Part shown: positions 1 to 11,924 of the stretch, one piece after another | Numbering within the stretch: the first letter of the stretch is position 1 | How the letters are laid out: each line of letters begins with the position of its first letter | Origin: Marsupella aquatica | Lineage: Eukaryota; Plantae; Marchantiophyta | Reading direction: 5' to 3' | NCBI GenBank assembly: GCA_973895155.1 | Contig: OZ316891.1 | Coordinates: forward strand, 31,999,112 to 32,063,111 | DNA length: 64,000 nt | The notes under the pieces: model-generated | The model's database searches: none | What the model was told of the DNA's origin: nothing | The model's input: only the letters and a program-made list of their open reading frames with translations | Made by a program: the position numbers and the translations under genes

Positions 1-274
1 GGTTAGGTACAACTAAGTTGCACACTATATCATAAGAGGCATGTGTGCTTGGAGAGGTAGAACCAAGGCTCATTGTTATGGAGCCACTTGAGAGATAGGG
101 AGAGCTTACACTGTGGAGACTCGGTATAGCCAACGGGCTTAGAGTTTAGTAAAGCTCTCTTGTGTGTTCCCGTGGACGTAGCCTCAAGGAGGTGAACCAC
201 GTATCTCTTGTGTCGACTATTGTGCGTTGGATGGTTCATGGGCTTGCCGTTGCGATCGTCGTCTATGCTCAACA
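1..274 (+). repeat. 5' LTR (partial) of the copia element
   Basis: Matches the end of the 3' LTR, ends ...GCTCAACA and is followed closely by the PBS. Confidence 0.95.
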
Positions 275-276
275 AT

Positions 277-288
277 TGGTATCAGAGC
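277..288 (+). promoter_or_regulatory. Primer binding site, initiator tRNA-Met
   Basis: TGGTATCAGAGC starting 2 nt after the LTR end. Confidence 0.95.
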
Positions 289-1428
289 ATGCTTGGGAGG
301 TGACGTGTGTTCGTGACGGGATTTCATGACGGTTTTTCCAGCGTTGAGTGTTGGTGGATTTTCCAGAGTTCCATCGCATGGAACTTGGAGTTTATGGGCT
401 CAACGGATAGATCAGGGCAAGAGCTTTCTAACGGTGTGAAGAAATCGTTGAACGGAGCTCGTGGTGTAGAGAGATCTAAGTTTTCGTCGTTCTGGATTTT
501 GTGAAGAAAGTTGGCAATCGACTCGGAGGGAGAAGCGTCAAGTGTTTTGACTCAACGGAGAGATTGAGGCAAGACGATTGTTTTTGAGTCCGGGATTGGC
601 TCTTTGATGCAAAGAGGAAGGCTAAGCAAAATCAATTACCTTGTTGGACTTGGTGACGGCACCAAGTGCAATTGATCAACATTCGTTGTTGACAAGGTAC
701 CATTTTTTTCTCTTTGAAAAACTGATTCGAAATTGGCTATGGCAATTGAGAGAAATCTGTCATCTTTACCAATTTTTTTCTCCCTCGTTCTTTCCTCGTT
801 TTGGGTGCTTCTTATATCGATCTTCATCGCCTCGGAGTCTAGTTTCCAAATCTGAAATCGGATCTTGATTTCGTCAAAACCCGAGTGAGATATCTTGCGT
901 TTGGTGTCGAGGGGTACATTCTGCCGTGTGTATTTTCTGCGCGCGCGACCAGATTTCGACGACGAAGGGTGGTAGGGGGTTTTGGGGGTTCGAGGACACA
1001 TGTCAGCCCCTCGATTGTTCTTCCAAAATTCCCACAGGGCCTGTACAAGGGTCATAGAATATTCCAAAAAACCAGAGAGCTATTTTTTGACCGTCCGACA
1101 AAGATTTCATCCGCCGAACGGTAACTTTTTTGGTTATTTTTCGGCGAGGTCATAGCCATTGAAGTTGGCAATGCAGCGCACCAATCACATCGCAATTCCG
1201 ACAACGGGTTGTACTTGGTATTTCGGTTATTCCCTGAGGTGGTCAAAACGGGGGAGTTTCCCAAGGTTTTACCCACCTCGACCAAAATTTGAATAACTTT
1301 TCCGTCAAATTTTGATTTTGATTTCGGTTTTCAGTATTGGACTCCTAGCTTTGTGGGCTACGCGGCGGTGTTGAGTTTCGAGTTTTTTGAGAAGTTGTGA
1401 AAAACAACATTTTTTGTGACTTTCTCAT

Positions 1429-2463
1429 ATGAGTGATTCGGAGGAGTTTTTTGAAGACGTGGAACTTGAAGCACGAGGATCACCGCGGAGGTTTCAGGGG
1501 CAGAGAGAGGAGCAGGAGGAAGAGCACGTGACACCGATACCATCACCGGTGCGGCGTGTGGTGGAGGAAGCAGTACTACTACCGGAGCTCACGGTAAAGA
1601 AGAAGATGGGGACTTTCAAGCTTGGGGGACCCAAGTATGAAGTGACAAAGTATGATGGGCGCTCTGACTACTTGCTATGGGAGAAGCAGGTGAAGGGAGT
1701 GCTTTATGCGTCAGGGATGGGCCAACTGCTGAGCCCTCGTGAAGACGATGTTGATGAGAAACAATGGGACCGCATGCAGGAGCAGGGAGTGTGGTGTGTT
1801 ACACTCTATCTCATGCCTCCCATCATCAAGCAGTTGGGTGCACATAAGGATTGCATGTCCTTGTTTGCGGAATTGCAGAGCAAGTATCACCGCAAGGAGT
1901 TGTCGAACCGGCTCTACACTTCCTACAAACTGATGAGTTTCAGGATGAAGGAATCTGGTACGAAGTTGCAAGACCATGTGGATGCTTTCAACGACATGGT
2001 TGTTGACTTGGAAAACCTTGGGAAGACTTTGAATGATGAGACGAAGGCTCTGCAGCTTCTTAGTTCATTGCCTCCATCTTACCAGTCCCTATCACGAGTG
2101 TTGTTGCATCGTGATAGGGATACCATTTCATACAATGACGTGGTAAGTTCTCTGCTTAGTGATGATCTTCAGCAGAAGATGCACATCACGTCACAGCCTT
2201 CATCATCTGGTGCTGCCCTCAATGTTAACCGTGGGAGGAGTATGCAACGACCAACTGGGGACCGTAGAACCCAGTTTAGATCTAAATCCAGATCTAAGTC
2301 CAAGGGTAAATCCCCTCAGAGGAGGCAGGTGACATGTTGGAAGTGCAACCAAGTTGGACACTTCAAGCGAGACTGTAAGGGAAAGGCAGCGGAAACTTCA
2401 TCGGCAAATGTGGCTAGGGCTGATGGAGAAGCTGATTTACTCAATGATGAGTATGTTTTATGA
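1429..2463 (+). CDS. gag: Copia Gag (UBN2-type capsid region plus CCHC zinc knuckle)
   Basis: 344-aa ORF with KYDGRSDYLLW, LLSSLPPSY and the knuckle CWKCNQVGHFKRDC. Confidence 0.93.
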   Translation: MSDSEEFFEDVELEARGSPRRFQGQREEQEEEHVTPIPSPVRRVVEEAVLLPELTVKKKMGTFKLGGPKYEVTKYDGRSDYLLWEKQVKGVLYASGMGQLLSPREDDVDEKQWDRMQEQGVWCVTLYLMPPIIKQLGAHKDCMSLFAELQSKYHRKELSNRLYTSYKLMSFRMKESGTKLQDHVDAFNDMVVDLENLGKTLNDETKALQLLSSLPPSYQSLSRVLLHRDRDTISYNDVVSSLLSDDLQQKMHITSQPSSSGAALNVNRGRSMQRPTGDRRTQFRSKSRSKSKGKSPQRRQVTCWKCNQVGHFKRDCKGKAAETSSANVARADGEADLLNDEYVL

Positions 2464-5400
2464 AGCCGGGGGTATGCCCTGTGCACGTCATCTAGGAGAG
2501 CAGATGATGTGTGGATTCTTGATTGTGCTTGCTCTTTTCATATTTGTTACATTCGTGAGTTTTTCAGTTCTTACTCTGTTTCAAACGGTTCAGTTCTGAT
2601 GGGAAATGATCACTCCTGTCAAATTGAGGGAATTGGGTCTGTGAAGATTCAAATGTTTGATGGCGCTGTGCGCACAGTATCCGGAGTCAGGTATGTACCT
2701 GGCATGCGTAAGAATCTGATTTCACTCGGTGTGTTGGATTCAAATGGTTATCAATGGAGCGTTATTGATGGTGAACTTCAAGTCAGGTCGGGAGAGACAG
2801 TGATTTTGAAGGGGAGTAGACAAAAGAATTTGTATGTGTTACAGGGCAATACTGTATGTGGAGAGGCCAATGTAACCAAATCTCACGAGGAGATGACTCA
2901 ACTGTGGCATTCACGGCTAGGCCACATGAGTGAGAAGGGTTTGGCTATCTTACGGAAGAATGGACTCATTTCTGATTTGCAATCTTGTAAATTAGAGTTT
3001 TGTGAGCATTGCATTCTTGGAAAGCAGCATCGTCGTGCTTTTGGTGTTGGAACTCATCGTTCCAAAGCGGTTCTTGAGTACATACATAGTGACGTGTGGG
3101 GTCCATCCCCGACTCCCTCACACTCTGGAAAGTTGTACTATGTATCATTTATTGATGATTACTCAAAATTTGTGTGGATTTATTTCATGACGCATAAGTC
3201 TGATGTCTTGTCCATTTTTAAGAAGTGGAAGGCCCAGGTGGAGAATCAGACTGGAAACACGATCAAGTGTTTGGATACAAGGGTGAAGAGTCTGAGGTCA
3301 GACAACGGCGGGGAGTACACTTCAATGGAATTTGAAGAGTACTATTCAGAACAGGGGATAACTCGCCATCTCACCACAGTTTATACTCCGCAGCAGAATG
3401 GTGTCGCTGAGAGGCTCAATCGGACACTGTTGGAGCGGTCACGGAGTATGTTGAGCCAATCAGGTTTACCACAAGAATTTTGGGCAGAAGCTGTCAATAC
3501 CGCAGCTTATTTGGTAAATCTTTCTCCTTCTAGTGCTATCAATTTCAAAACGCCGTTTGAGATGCGCTATAAGCGGCAAGCAGACTATCATGGCTTGGTA
3601 GTTTTTGGAAGTGATGCATATGCTCTCACACCAAAGCAGAATAGGACCAAGTTGGATCCTACCTCCAGGAAATGTGTTTTTCTTGGGTACCAGAGTGGTG
3701 TGAAAGCCTATAGGCTATGGGATCCTATTGCCTGTAAGCTCGTTGTTAGTAGGGATGTTTCCTTCAATGAATCCAGATTATTGAAGGAGGGGGAGAATAC
3801 TCAGGTCTCCCGTACTGACAAAGGAAAATCTCCTATCCCGGATCTCGTTGAGGGGGAGATTGGTTATGAGGTGCATGACCGGAGAGAAGGAGTTGCTCCA
3901 ATTATGGAGCTGGTTCCTGTGCCAGAAGAACCAGAGGAGTTTGTTGATGCTGGTGAGCAGCAAGTGGATGCTGTTGAGCTTCAAATTGTACCAGCACACG
4001 CAGATCAACCGGAGTCATCGGCTAGAAGAACATCTGGTCGCACTGTACGCGCTCCACCAAGGTATGGACAGTGGGTTGATTCATCTCAACTGCAAGAGGA
4101 TGATTTTACAGCTGATGATGAGGGTGATGCGTTAATTTTGGAAGAAGGAGAACCTTCTTCATTTCATGAGGCAAGTGCTTCAAAGGAGAAGCAGAAGTGG
4201 ACTGCAGCAATGCAAACGGAGATGCAGTCACTAAAGGACAACAAAACTTGGGAGCTTGTTAAGCTGCCTAAGGGTCAGCAAGTGGTGGACAACAAGTGGA
4301 TTTACAAGCTGAAGGATAATTCCATAGGAGGTGGATCGAAGGTCTACAAGGCTAGATTGGTAGCAAAGGGATTCACACAAGAGAAAGGTGTGGATTACAA
4401 TGAGGTCTTCTCACCAGTTGCTAAGTACTCTACAATACGACTATTGTGTGTACTTGTTGTAATGTTTGGTCTGCTCCTAGATCAGATGGATGTTGTCACA
4501 GCTTTCCTCTATGGCACATTGGAAGAGGTGATCTTCATGAGACAACCGCTAGGTTTTGTGAAGAGAGGACAGGAGGAATTGGTTTGCAGATTGCTGAAAT
4601 CCTTGTATGGGTTGAAGCAGTCACCAAGACAGTGGAACAAGCGGTTTGACGATTGGATTCGGTCACAAGGTTTTCACAGAAGTGTATTTGACCCTTGTGT
4701 GTATTTGAAACCGGTGAAGAATGTTGTCTTTGGGTTCATTGTTTTAGTACTTTATGTGGATGACATGCTAATTGCAGCCAAGGATAGGTCTGAGATTGTT
4801 AAGCTCAAGGCACTGCTTAGTGCAGAGTTTAAGATGAAGGACTTAGGGCCAGCTAAGAGGATTTTGGGTATGGAGATCACTAGGGACTTGGAGGCTGGCA
4901 AGCTATGGTTGACGCAGAGCAGTTATGCGAGGAAGGTAATTGCAAGGTTCAACATGGAGAATAGCAAGCCAGTAAGTACCCCGTTGGCTCCACACTTCAA
5001 GTTATCATCAGCGTTCTGTCCTACGGATGACACAGAGAAGGGGTTGATGTCAAAGGTTCCATATGACAAGGCAGTGGGGAGTCTCATGTATTTGATGACT
5101 TGCACTAGACCTGATCTTGCCATGGCTATGGGCAAGGTGAGCAGGTACATGTCGAATCTAGGGAAGGTACACTGGGAAGCAGTGAAGTGGATTATCAGGT
5201 ACTTGAAGGGTACCGTGGATCATGGTCTTTTATTTGATGCGAATGCAAAGAATGCTAGATCATTGATTGGCTATGTAGATTCTGACTATGGACAAGATTT
5301 GGACCGAAGGAGATCAACAACAGGATATGTGTTCACACTTGGCGGTGGATGCATAAGTTGGAGATCTACTTTACAGAAGTGTATTGCTCAGTCTACTACA

Positions 5401-5736
5401 GAAGCGGAGTATGTTGCAGCTGCGGAAGCAGCAAAGGAAGCGATTTGGTTGGATAGACTTATCACTGAAATGGGATTGCCACAGGGGAATGTGAAGCTCC
5501 ATTGTGATAGTCAAAGTGCGCTCCACCTTGCTGTGAACCAGGTGATGGACAGCAGAGTGAAGCACATTGACGTCAGGTACCATTTTATCAGGCAGGCTGT
5601 GTCTGATAATTTGTTTGAGCTAGTCAAGATTGATGGTAAACTCAACCCGGCTGACGCATTTACCAAAGTGATTCCTTTGGAGAGTTTCTCTAGACACCGT
5701 GACGTATTGCAGGTTTTGCAATTGCATCACAAGTAG
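2464..5736 (+). CDS. pol: Copia Pol (protease, GAG-pre-integrase, integrase, RT, RNase H), in frame with gag after a single TGA
   Basis: WILDCACSFH (protease), LWHSRLGHMS, IDDYS/RSDNGGEY/NGVAERLNR (integrase), YVDDM (RT), GYVDSD/EAEY/CDSQSA/NPADAFTK (RNase H); the frame is open from 2464. Confidence 0.95.
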   Translation, partial: SRGYALCTSSRRADDVWILDCACSFHICYIREFFSSYSVSNGSVLMGNDHSCQIEGIGSVKIQMFDGAVRTVSGVRYVPGMRKNLISLGVLDSNGYQWSVIDGELQVRSGETVILKGSRQKNLYVLQGNTVCGEANVTKSHEEMTQLWHSRLGHMSEKGLAILRKNGLISDLQSCKLEFCEHCILGKQHRRAFGVGTHRSKAVLEYIHSDVWGPSPTPSHSGKLYYVSFIDDYSKFVWIYFMTHKSDVLSIFKKWKAQVENQTGNTIKCLDTRVKSLRSDNGGEYTSMEFEEYYSEQGITRHLTTVYTPQQNGVAERLNRTLLERSRSMLSQSGLPQEFWAEAVNTAAYLVNLSPSSAINFKTPFEMRYKRQADYHGLVVFGSDAYALTPKQNRTKLDPTSRKCVFLGYQSGVKAYRLWDPIACKLVVSRDVSFNESRLLKEGENTQVSRTDKGKSPIPDLVEGEIGYEVHDRREGVAPIMELVPVPEEPEEFVDAGEQQVDAVELQIVPAHADQPESSARRTSGRTVRAPPRYGQWVDSSQLQEDDFTADDEGDALILEEGEPSSFHEASASKEKQKWTAAMQTEMQSLKDNKTWELVKLPKGQQVVDNKWIYKLKDNSIGGGSKVYKARLVAKGFTQEKGVDYNEVFSPVAKYSTIRLLCVLVVMFGLLLDQMDVVTAFLYGTLEEVIFMRQPLGFVKRGQEELVCRLLKSLYGLKQSPRQWNKRFDDWIRSQGFHRSVFDPCVYLKPVKNVVFGFIVLVLYVDDMLIAAKDRSEIVKLKALLSAEFKMKDLGPAKRILGMEITRDLEAGKLWLTQSSYARKVIARFNMENSKPVSTPLAPHFKLSSAFCPTDDTEKGLMSKVPYDKAVGSLMYLMTCTRPDLAMAMGKVSRYMSNLGKVHWEAVKWIIRYLKGTVDHGLLFDANAKNARSLIGYVDSDYGQDLDRRRSTTGYVFTLGGGCISWRSTLQKCIAQSTTEAEYVAAAEAAKEAIWLDRLITEMGLPQGNVKLHCDSQSALHLAVNQVMDSRVKHIDVRYHFIRQAVSDNLFELVKIDGKLNPADAFTKVIPLESFSRHRDVLQVLQLHHK

Positions 5737-5916
5737 AGTTTTCTTAAACATTCATTGTAATTACTGATATATGCTCTTCCTCATTCCTATGTATTAGGCT
5801 ACGGCTTAGTTCTGGTTTGCTCTAGTTAGAGAGGGAAACCGGTTTGGTTTCTGTCCAGAACTTCCCGCTGAGGGATCATATACATTGGCAGTATTACTCT
5901 CCCCTAGACCAGAGTC

Positions 5917-5926
5917 AAGGGGAAGA
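5917..5926 (+). promoter_or_regulatory. Polypurine tract
   Basis: AAGGGGAAGA just before the TGTTG of the 3' LTR. Confidence 0.85.
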
Positions 5927-5927
5927 T

Positions 5928-6348
5928 TGTTGGGTATTTACTCTTACGTCTAGGTTAGGTATGACGTGGTTGGTACAACAACGTGGGTTGGTACAACTAC
6001 GTGGTTAGGTACAACTACGTGATTAGGTACAACTATGTGGTTAGGTACAACTACGTGATTAGGTACAACTATGTGGTTAGGTACAACTAAGTTGCACACT
6101 ATATCATAAGAGGCATGTGTGCTTGGAGAGGTAGAACCAAGGCTCATTGTTATGGAGCCACTTGAGAGATAGGGAGAGCTTACACTGTGGAGACTCGGTA
6201 TAGCCAACGGGCTTAGAGTTCAGTAAAGCTCTCTTGTGTGTTCCCGTGGACGTAGCCTCAAGGAGGTGAACCACGTATCTCTTGTGTCGACTATTGTGCG
6301 TTGGATGGTTCATGGGCTTGCCGTTGCGATCGTCGTCTATGCTCAACA
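5928..6348 (+). repeat. 3' LTR (421 bp)
   Basis: TGTTG...CAACA termini; repeat of 1-274. Confidence 0.95.
5952..6090 (+). repeat. 18-bp tandem repeat in the LTR U3 region (about 7-8 units)
   Basis: Units of G(G/A)TTAGGTACAACTA(C/T)GT. Confidence 0.9.
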
Positions 6349-7432
6349 GAGCAGTCTATCACGAGCCAGACGTCTCTCTTCTGCCTCTGCTTTGGAAAAA
6401 GACTCAAGTGAGTACAATGTTTCACAAAACTCTTCAACCTCCTTCAAAATCAATCTCGGGTCAGAGATCGTACTCCCATCCACCCTGCTCAAGGAAGAGA
6501 TAGCCTCCCTGGATCTCTTGGCTTTCACTGTGGCAAAGAAAAATTTAGTCAATTCATCTCCTTCCCCCAACCACTTAACTCTGGCTAGCCTGCATCCTCT
6601 ATGAGCTTCCTCCAGTTCCAAAGCATGCAGTGTGTCCTCAGCATCCATGAAATCAACAATGTCCTCCTCCAATTGATTTTCTAGAATGGCCATCTTAAGT
6701 GTCCTTAGTTGAGCTCTCTGAAAAGCCATCTCCACCTCCGTTGTCCTTGGCTTGGCTTGTATCTCCTTAAGTGCTTGTCTCAGTCTCCAACTTCCATTAG
6801 TAAATCGATTACGCAGGTCCACACATTTCTCTCTTCCCACTCTCCAGGCTTCTTTGAGTAGTAGCATGTCCTCTCTTTTCCGAAGCACAGCCGAGTTGGC
6901 CATAAACAGTCTCACTTTCCCTCGCTCCACAGTCTTAGTCAATCCTGCAATCCTCACATTCAGCAAGATCGGGTCGTGATCAGAAAGAGCCAATCCCCCA
7001 TCGTGAATGAGTTCCACCTCGCTAAGCCATCCACCCATTTCACTTACGTAAATCCTGTCAAGTCTGGACTGTAGCATCGATCACTCCATTACGCTTCCTC
7101 CTCCATGTGAAATGCGGGCCAATCGCTCCACCTCTAAGGTCCCATGATCTGTCAGGTTCAATCTCATCTTCAAAAATCTCCAGAACTCAGCCTCCCTACC
7201 TCGGATTAGTGGAGACGGTCCCGTTGAGTCATTTCTACGTTCAATCATGTTGAAGTCTCCACACAACAGCCAATCATTGTGCGACAGCGTCATCTTTAAA
7301 TCATGCCCAAGAAGTGACCTTAATCTAGCTGAACTGGGAGCGTAAATGCAAGCAATCCCAAACGTCACATCTTCCTTCGCGACCACGGCCCATACTGCCC
7401 TTCCTAAATCCAGTGCTCCGGAGCAAACTAGT
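6349..7432 (-). mobile_element. 5'-truncated L1-type LINE ORF2 fragment (APE endonuclease plus linker), cut by the copia element
   Basis: IYAP, GDFN, SRLDR and SDH endonuclease motifs, plus the WLGEGDELTKFFF linker; frameshifted near 7080-7140. Confidence 0.88.
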
Positions 7433-8150
7433 GCGTTGGAGGTGGTTCCAACAATTTCCCAAAATAGCGCTCTCCAGCTTTAGCATCAGCTTTTGCTGCC
7501 AAGGACAGGCATTCCTGTGGTGACAATTTTTCCTTCTTTGAAAGTCGCGCTCCCTCTACGTACACACCAATCACAAAGTGTTGAAGAGGAAGAGAAAAAC
7601 AGGAAAGTCATCCAATAATCACTCAAGCAAGGAGTCTACAAATTTGGCACGATTCCGGCAGAAATGCTTTATCGGTTAGCAAAGCAGGAAGACACAGGAC
7701 ACCTGTAATTGCAAAAGTGCTTTCCAAACAAATGCCAGAGCAAGGGCGACAGCTGCTGTCCATGATACCCGTGATCACTTTTCAGCAAAGAAAACAAAGT
7801 AGCAACAGAGGGGTGATCAAAGGAAAAAACTCAACGAAAAGAGAAACCAGAACAAGAACCAGAAGATACTGACGAGAAACACATTGCTGTGAAATTCAGT
7901 TGGAATTACCATCCGTAGAGTTTCCTTTTTGAAGCCAAATTGCAAACTTAATTGCCATTTCCAATCCGTCAGGTACCACTGGGAACATGCGACGGATTAT
8001 GTCTTTGAGCTCCATTTCCGACGACCCTAGCAACATAGGTACTCCGACCCAGCCAAGGCATAGTTTCACAGCAACGTCTCGCAGTCGTGTTTCGTCATGA
8101 ATCGTTCTCCAAAGCAGGTTCATAATATTTTCTTCTTCACCACTCGCCAT
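7433..8150 (-). pseudogene. Crinkler-like gene copy A (header exon 8150-7910, intron, start of exon 2), disrupted by the LINE
   Basis: Colinear with 23011-23727; homology stops at the LINE junction near 7432. Confidence 0.88.
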
Positions 8151-9977
8151 TGGATCTTGCAGGCTAAACTATACTGCTTAGTTCTTAAGATATATGCTAT
8201 GCATAGACAAGACAGCCACAGACGCAAGTTATAACAAAAGAAAGCACATACAAATGACAAGCAGAAACGAAACCCCTCGGGTTGACAGAAATTGTAGCAA
8301 CAGAGGAAGCGACAGAGGAAAGAGCACACCACAAGGGTGAAAACTACGGTACGAGGCTGTGAAAATCACCATCCACCAAACCCTAGATCACCAAAATCCC
8401 AGTCCAAATCCTGCAACTGCGCAATGTAAGGCCTTATGATCCGTAGTCTATCATGACAATCAATTAAACATGCAACGATTCACCACCTCAAAATTTCCAA
8501 ACCAGACTGCTCGCAATCCGCCACACACTTCAGTCTATGCAAAACAGACCAGTATACCGAAGGCTCGGACTCTTATGCCGAGGGCCTCCTCGGTCGGCAG
8601 ACAAGGAGTTGATCTCGTTCCCGACCAGTTGTGCCTTGTGTAAACCCCCGGGCCTATATTTGAGATCCCCCAATGTTGATCCGTTGCCGACCTGTTGTGC
8701 CTTGTGTCACCCCCGGGCCTATATTTGAGAACCCCTAATGTTTATGGTTATGGTCCTACCTTACTCCTTAACGAGGTACTGGTACTTGGCCCTCCATTCA
8801 GGATCTCCCTTCTCAAGGCAGATCTTGCCCTCCATTTGGGATCGCCCTTCACGATGCAAATCTTGGTCCTTCATTCAGGCTGCTCTACCCGCGGCCAATC
8901 TGGACCGTCCATTCAGGGTGCTCAATCCGCAGCTAATCTCCGCCCTCCATTTAAAAATGAACGGCCAGATTGTTAGGGTTTAGGGCGTTCCTGCATCACC
9001 ATCCAACGGACAGCTGCTATTGGACGGCCCAGATTTTGTTCACCGGGCTGGTGGTTTCCTGGGCGGGCGTTACTTAATCTAGGAGAGCAGCAGGATGCGG
9101 CCACTTCCCATTTCACTTTCTGGAAACGCCGTCAGGTTGGAAGTTTGTCGTCTGTGCAGGAGCCATTTCCATCTCGGCCGGGATGAGCTTTCTCTCGCAT
9201 TCTAGTCATTCTCCTTTGTGCCTCTCATTCCGTGTTCATCGAGAGCTTGAGTAGATTTGGGTGTTTTGTCTAGGCTCGAGACGACCGGCTGTGGTGAATG
9301 TGGGTGCGGCTGTGAGTTGACTGTTGGAGCACAACTCAACTTTGAGTGGCCTGGTTTTTATTTCTCTTTCCATATCAATTGCTTTGGATGTATGCCATCT
9401 TTTTGAATGCGTGCCATACTTGTTTTATTATATGCTTATGTCGGTCATTCTAATGAACATTTTCCGCTCTATTTGGAATCTTTTAATGTTGATGCTGAAC
9501 ATGACTGCTGATTTCTCTTGTGTTACTCCCGTTCTGACCTATGTTGCCGCTGTGTAGCAATAATATCTAGTGGAGTAAGGACAAAGTCGCTCAATGATGC
9601 CTCCGAAAACATTCCAAGGTGTTTTGACTGTTTTCTTGCATTCGGTTTTGTTCAGTACTCCCTCCGCGTTTGGGGCCGCTTCAGTTGTAGACTGCTAGGG
9701 GTTGCTTGACACTTGTTCATCTCTTCCCTTGTAGGACTCATCTTGAATCATTACAGACCCAAAACGAGGCTTTGGCTAACTGATCAATGCTTTCCCCATG
9801 AATGATGAAGCAGAGATCGCCAGAGAGCTTGCGCCTTTGATGCAAGTGGAGTTTGATAGTTTAAACATCAGTGCGAGAGGAGCTTAATAAGGGTTTAATG
9901 ATTGCCAGCCAGATTCCAGATTCCAGACCAGAATTTGAACTCCCTGAATTACTAGATAATTTATTTGATTGTGCCAC

Positions 9978-11625
9978 GGATCGTACTCGGAGAGGTGGTG
10001 GGACTCTGCTACCTCCGGTATGAGGCAGTCCTCATTAAGAACCCATTGTCCACTACCCCCTCGGCCGGGAAGCTAGAGGACTGGTATTTAGCTCCCTTGC
10101 CCCCAGGAGCCCGCGACTCTACTCGGTTTATCCCCTCGGGTAAGCCCAAAATCATTTTCAGACGTGCCTCATTGAGACACATCACTCTCCCGTGCGCTCG
10201 AGTTTGTTGACGAGCCTCGTCAAAGTTCTGAATGAACTTCGTCATATCCTGCCCGTAGTACCTGCTTCCGTTCCAAGGGAGAGAGGCGAGGTGCTCAAAC
10301 CCTTGGGTCTTCAGATAGCATGCATGCTTGGGGTGGAGGATGTTCTTGTGAACATTGTCCCCCATGCGATGCATGGTCAGCTTGGCTACCGCAACCGTGG
10401 CCAAAGGCAACCCGGATACGGCTGCAGGTTCCTTCCTCTTCCTACCCCGAGACTGATTCCCGGGGTGACTAGAAGAAGGGGACATCTCTCCTTCCTCTCG
10501 GTCAGGTGGTGGTAGTGCCATTGCCGTGAATATTGGTGTCGGGGCCGTTAGAGTTACCATGTTATCCCCTTGGGCTTGCTGGAGTGATGCTGGGTTGTTC
10601 GGCGCTTGTTCAGTCATACCCCACGGCCGTCGATTCAGGGGAGGGTGAGCCTCCTCATCTTTGGAGCTAATATTCACCGCATTCACCATGGATCATACTC
10701 AAAGAGGTGGTGGGACCGGTGGCGGGGACCGGTTCGGCTGAGGCCGAGGAGGTGTAGGTGCGGGTACAGCTCGGGGGGCTGACTATCAAAAATCTTAGGA
10801 ACCACGTGCGATCCAAAATAGGTAGTTTTGATAGAAATTAACTAAATTTTTAAAAAGCATAGGAGGCAAAAGAAGGTATTATAAACTCATGTTTAGAGAA
10901 TATTCTCTAATATATAGTTTTTATAAAATAAAATAGGTTATTAATATTGAAAATAGAGAATATTCTTGGAATATTTTCTTTATAAAATAGGTCTATTTAT
11001 ATTAGGCTTGGATCGCACGTGGTACCCCAAAATATACACTTAGTTAACCCCCGAGGGGTACGGGCACGGGTTGGCCGGCACTGGTCGTTGATGGTAGAGT
11101 TGCCATGAAGTTCTGCAGGTGCCGGTGGAGGTTTTCCAAAGCAAGTGTAGACGGCCTTGTCGACCGGGTAGTGTTGAACTCACTGTTGATGATAGCCCGG
11201 ACCCAAGCGGGGATGTGGTCGAAGTGGTGCCGTTGCAAGTCGATCGTGCCCGGGAGAGTGAAGACCGCATCCGGGAGCCGAAGCAATGCTTCCCAGAAGC
11301 CGATGTATTTTCCCCCATTGAAGAAGTACCCTGATACTTCTTCGGGTCGGTAAAGCTCGCTCTGGGACGGGTAATCAATGTTAAGGAGATAGTGGTGTCG
11401 GCCTGCTAAGCGAATGGCTCTCTCGTATTCGTGTTTGATTTCCTATCGGCGTGGGTTGGCGTGTTTTAATGAGTCGGCCAAGTGCCCTCCGATAGACAGG
11501 AACTGTGTCCAGAATTGTATGGCCGAACTGGAAAGGATCACATGCGACGTTCAGAGGAGATAGCAGGTGACTAAGGATAAGCAAGAGATCTGGAGTCAAA
11601 GCTGGCGTGTGGACTGAAGAACTGG
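9978..11625 (-). mobile_element. Truncated ORF-bearing LTR-like fragment (copy of 30228-31978)
   Basis: Same sequence as in copy B; ORF 10009-10689 contains GFEHLASLPW...MILGLPEG. Confidence 0.7.
10767..11058. mobile_element. MITE (~292 bp)
   Basis: Absent at the matching site in copy B (GCGGGTATGGGCAC, 31011-31024). Imperfect terminal IRs, perfect 16-bp subterminal IR ACCACGTGCGATCCAA (10801-10816 and 11008-11023), AT-rich core, TA (or GGGTAC) duplication. Confidence 0.85.
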
Positions 11626-11924
11626 GAATTTGAAGGTGACAAGCACATTAAGGAACCAGATTGAAGGTTGGTACAGGAATTCTAGAAGCATTGACCAAGC
11701 TTTGTTTCCTTTGTATTTCTCACGAACCTAATTGAATGGCGACACTTTTGATGCTAACGGAGTCCAATGGTTTCAACATGAATGTTATAGCTGCAAAAGA
11801 CTTTAATTGGAAATGTTATGGGAGTGCGGGATTACAAGTGAGTCACCATGAATGCTAGTGGTGTATGAATACTTAAAACATAATGTTATGGGAGCCTACG
11901 GTAACCACCCGTAAGTCACCCTAA

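Larger units (their letters stand above)
1..6348 (+). mobile_element. Ty1/copia LTR retrotransposon, young; 5' LTR cut by the window edge
   Basis: Direct repeats 1-274 and 6075-6348 (one mismatch seen), PBS, gag, PR-IN-RT-RNaseH order typical of copia, PPT, and a 3' LTR with TGTTG...CAACA ends. Confidence 0.98.
7433..11866. repeat. Duplicated unit, copy A (copy B is 23011-32516)
   Basis: Near-identical colinear sequence. A has a MITE and a ~690-bp deletion (equivalent to 31583-32275); B has a 4.66-kb insert and is cut by a CACTA element. Confidence 0.93.

Noticed and set aside
636-1285. ORFs in the copia 5' leader
   Set aside because: Short, overlapping and motif-less frames in a GC-balanced leader
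5952-6090. 18-bp repeats as a CRISPR array, and the VVPNH-repeat ORF 5950-6207
   Set aside because: No unique spacers or cas genes; it is a tandem repeat inside an LTR, and the ORF is a by-product
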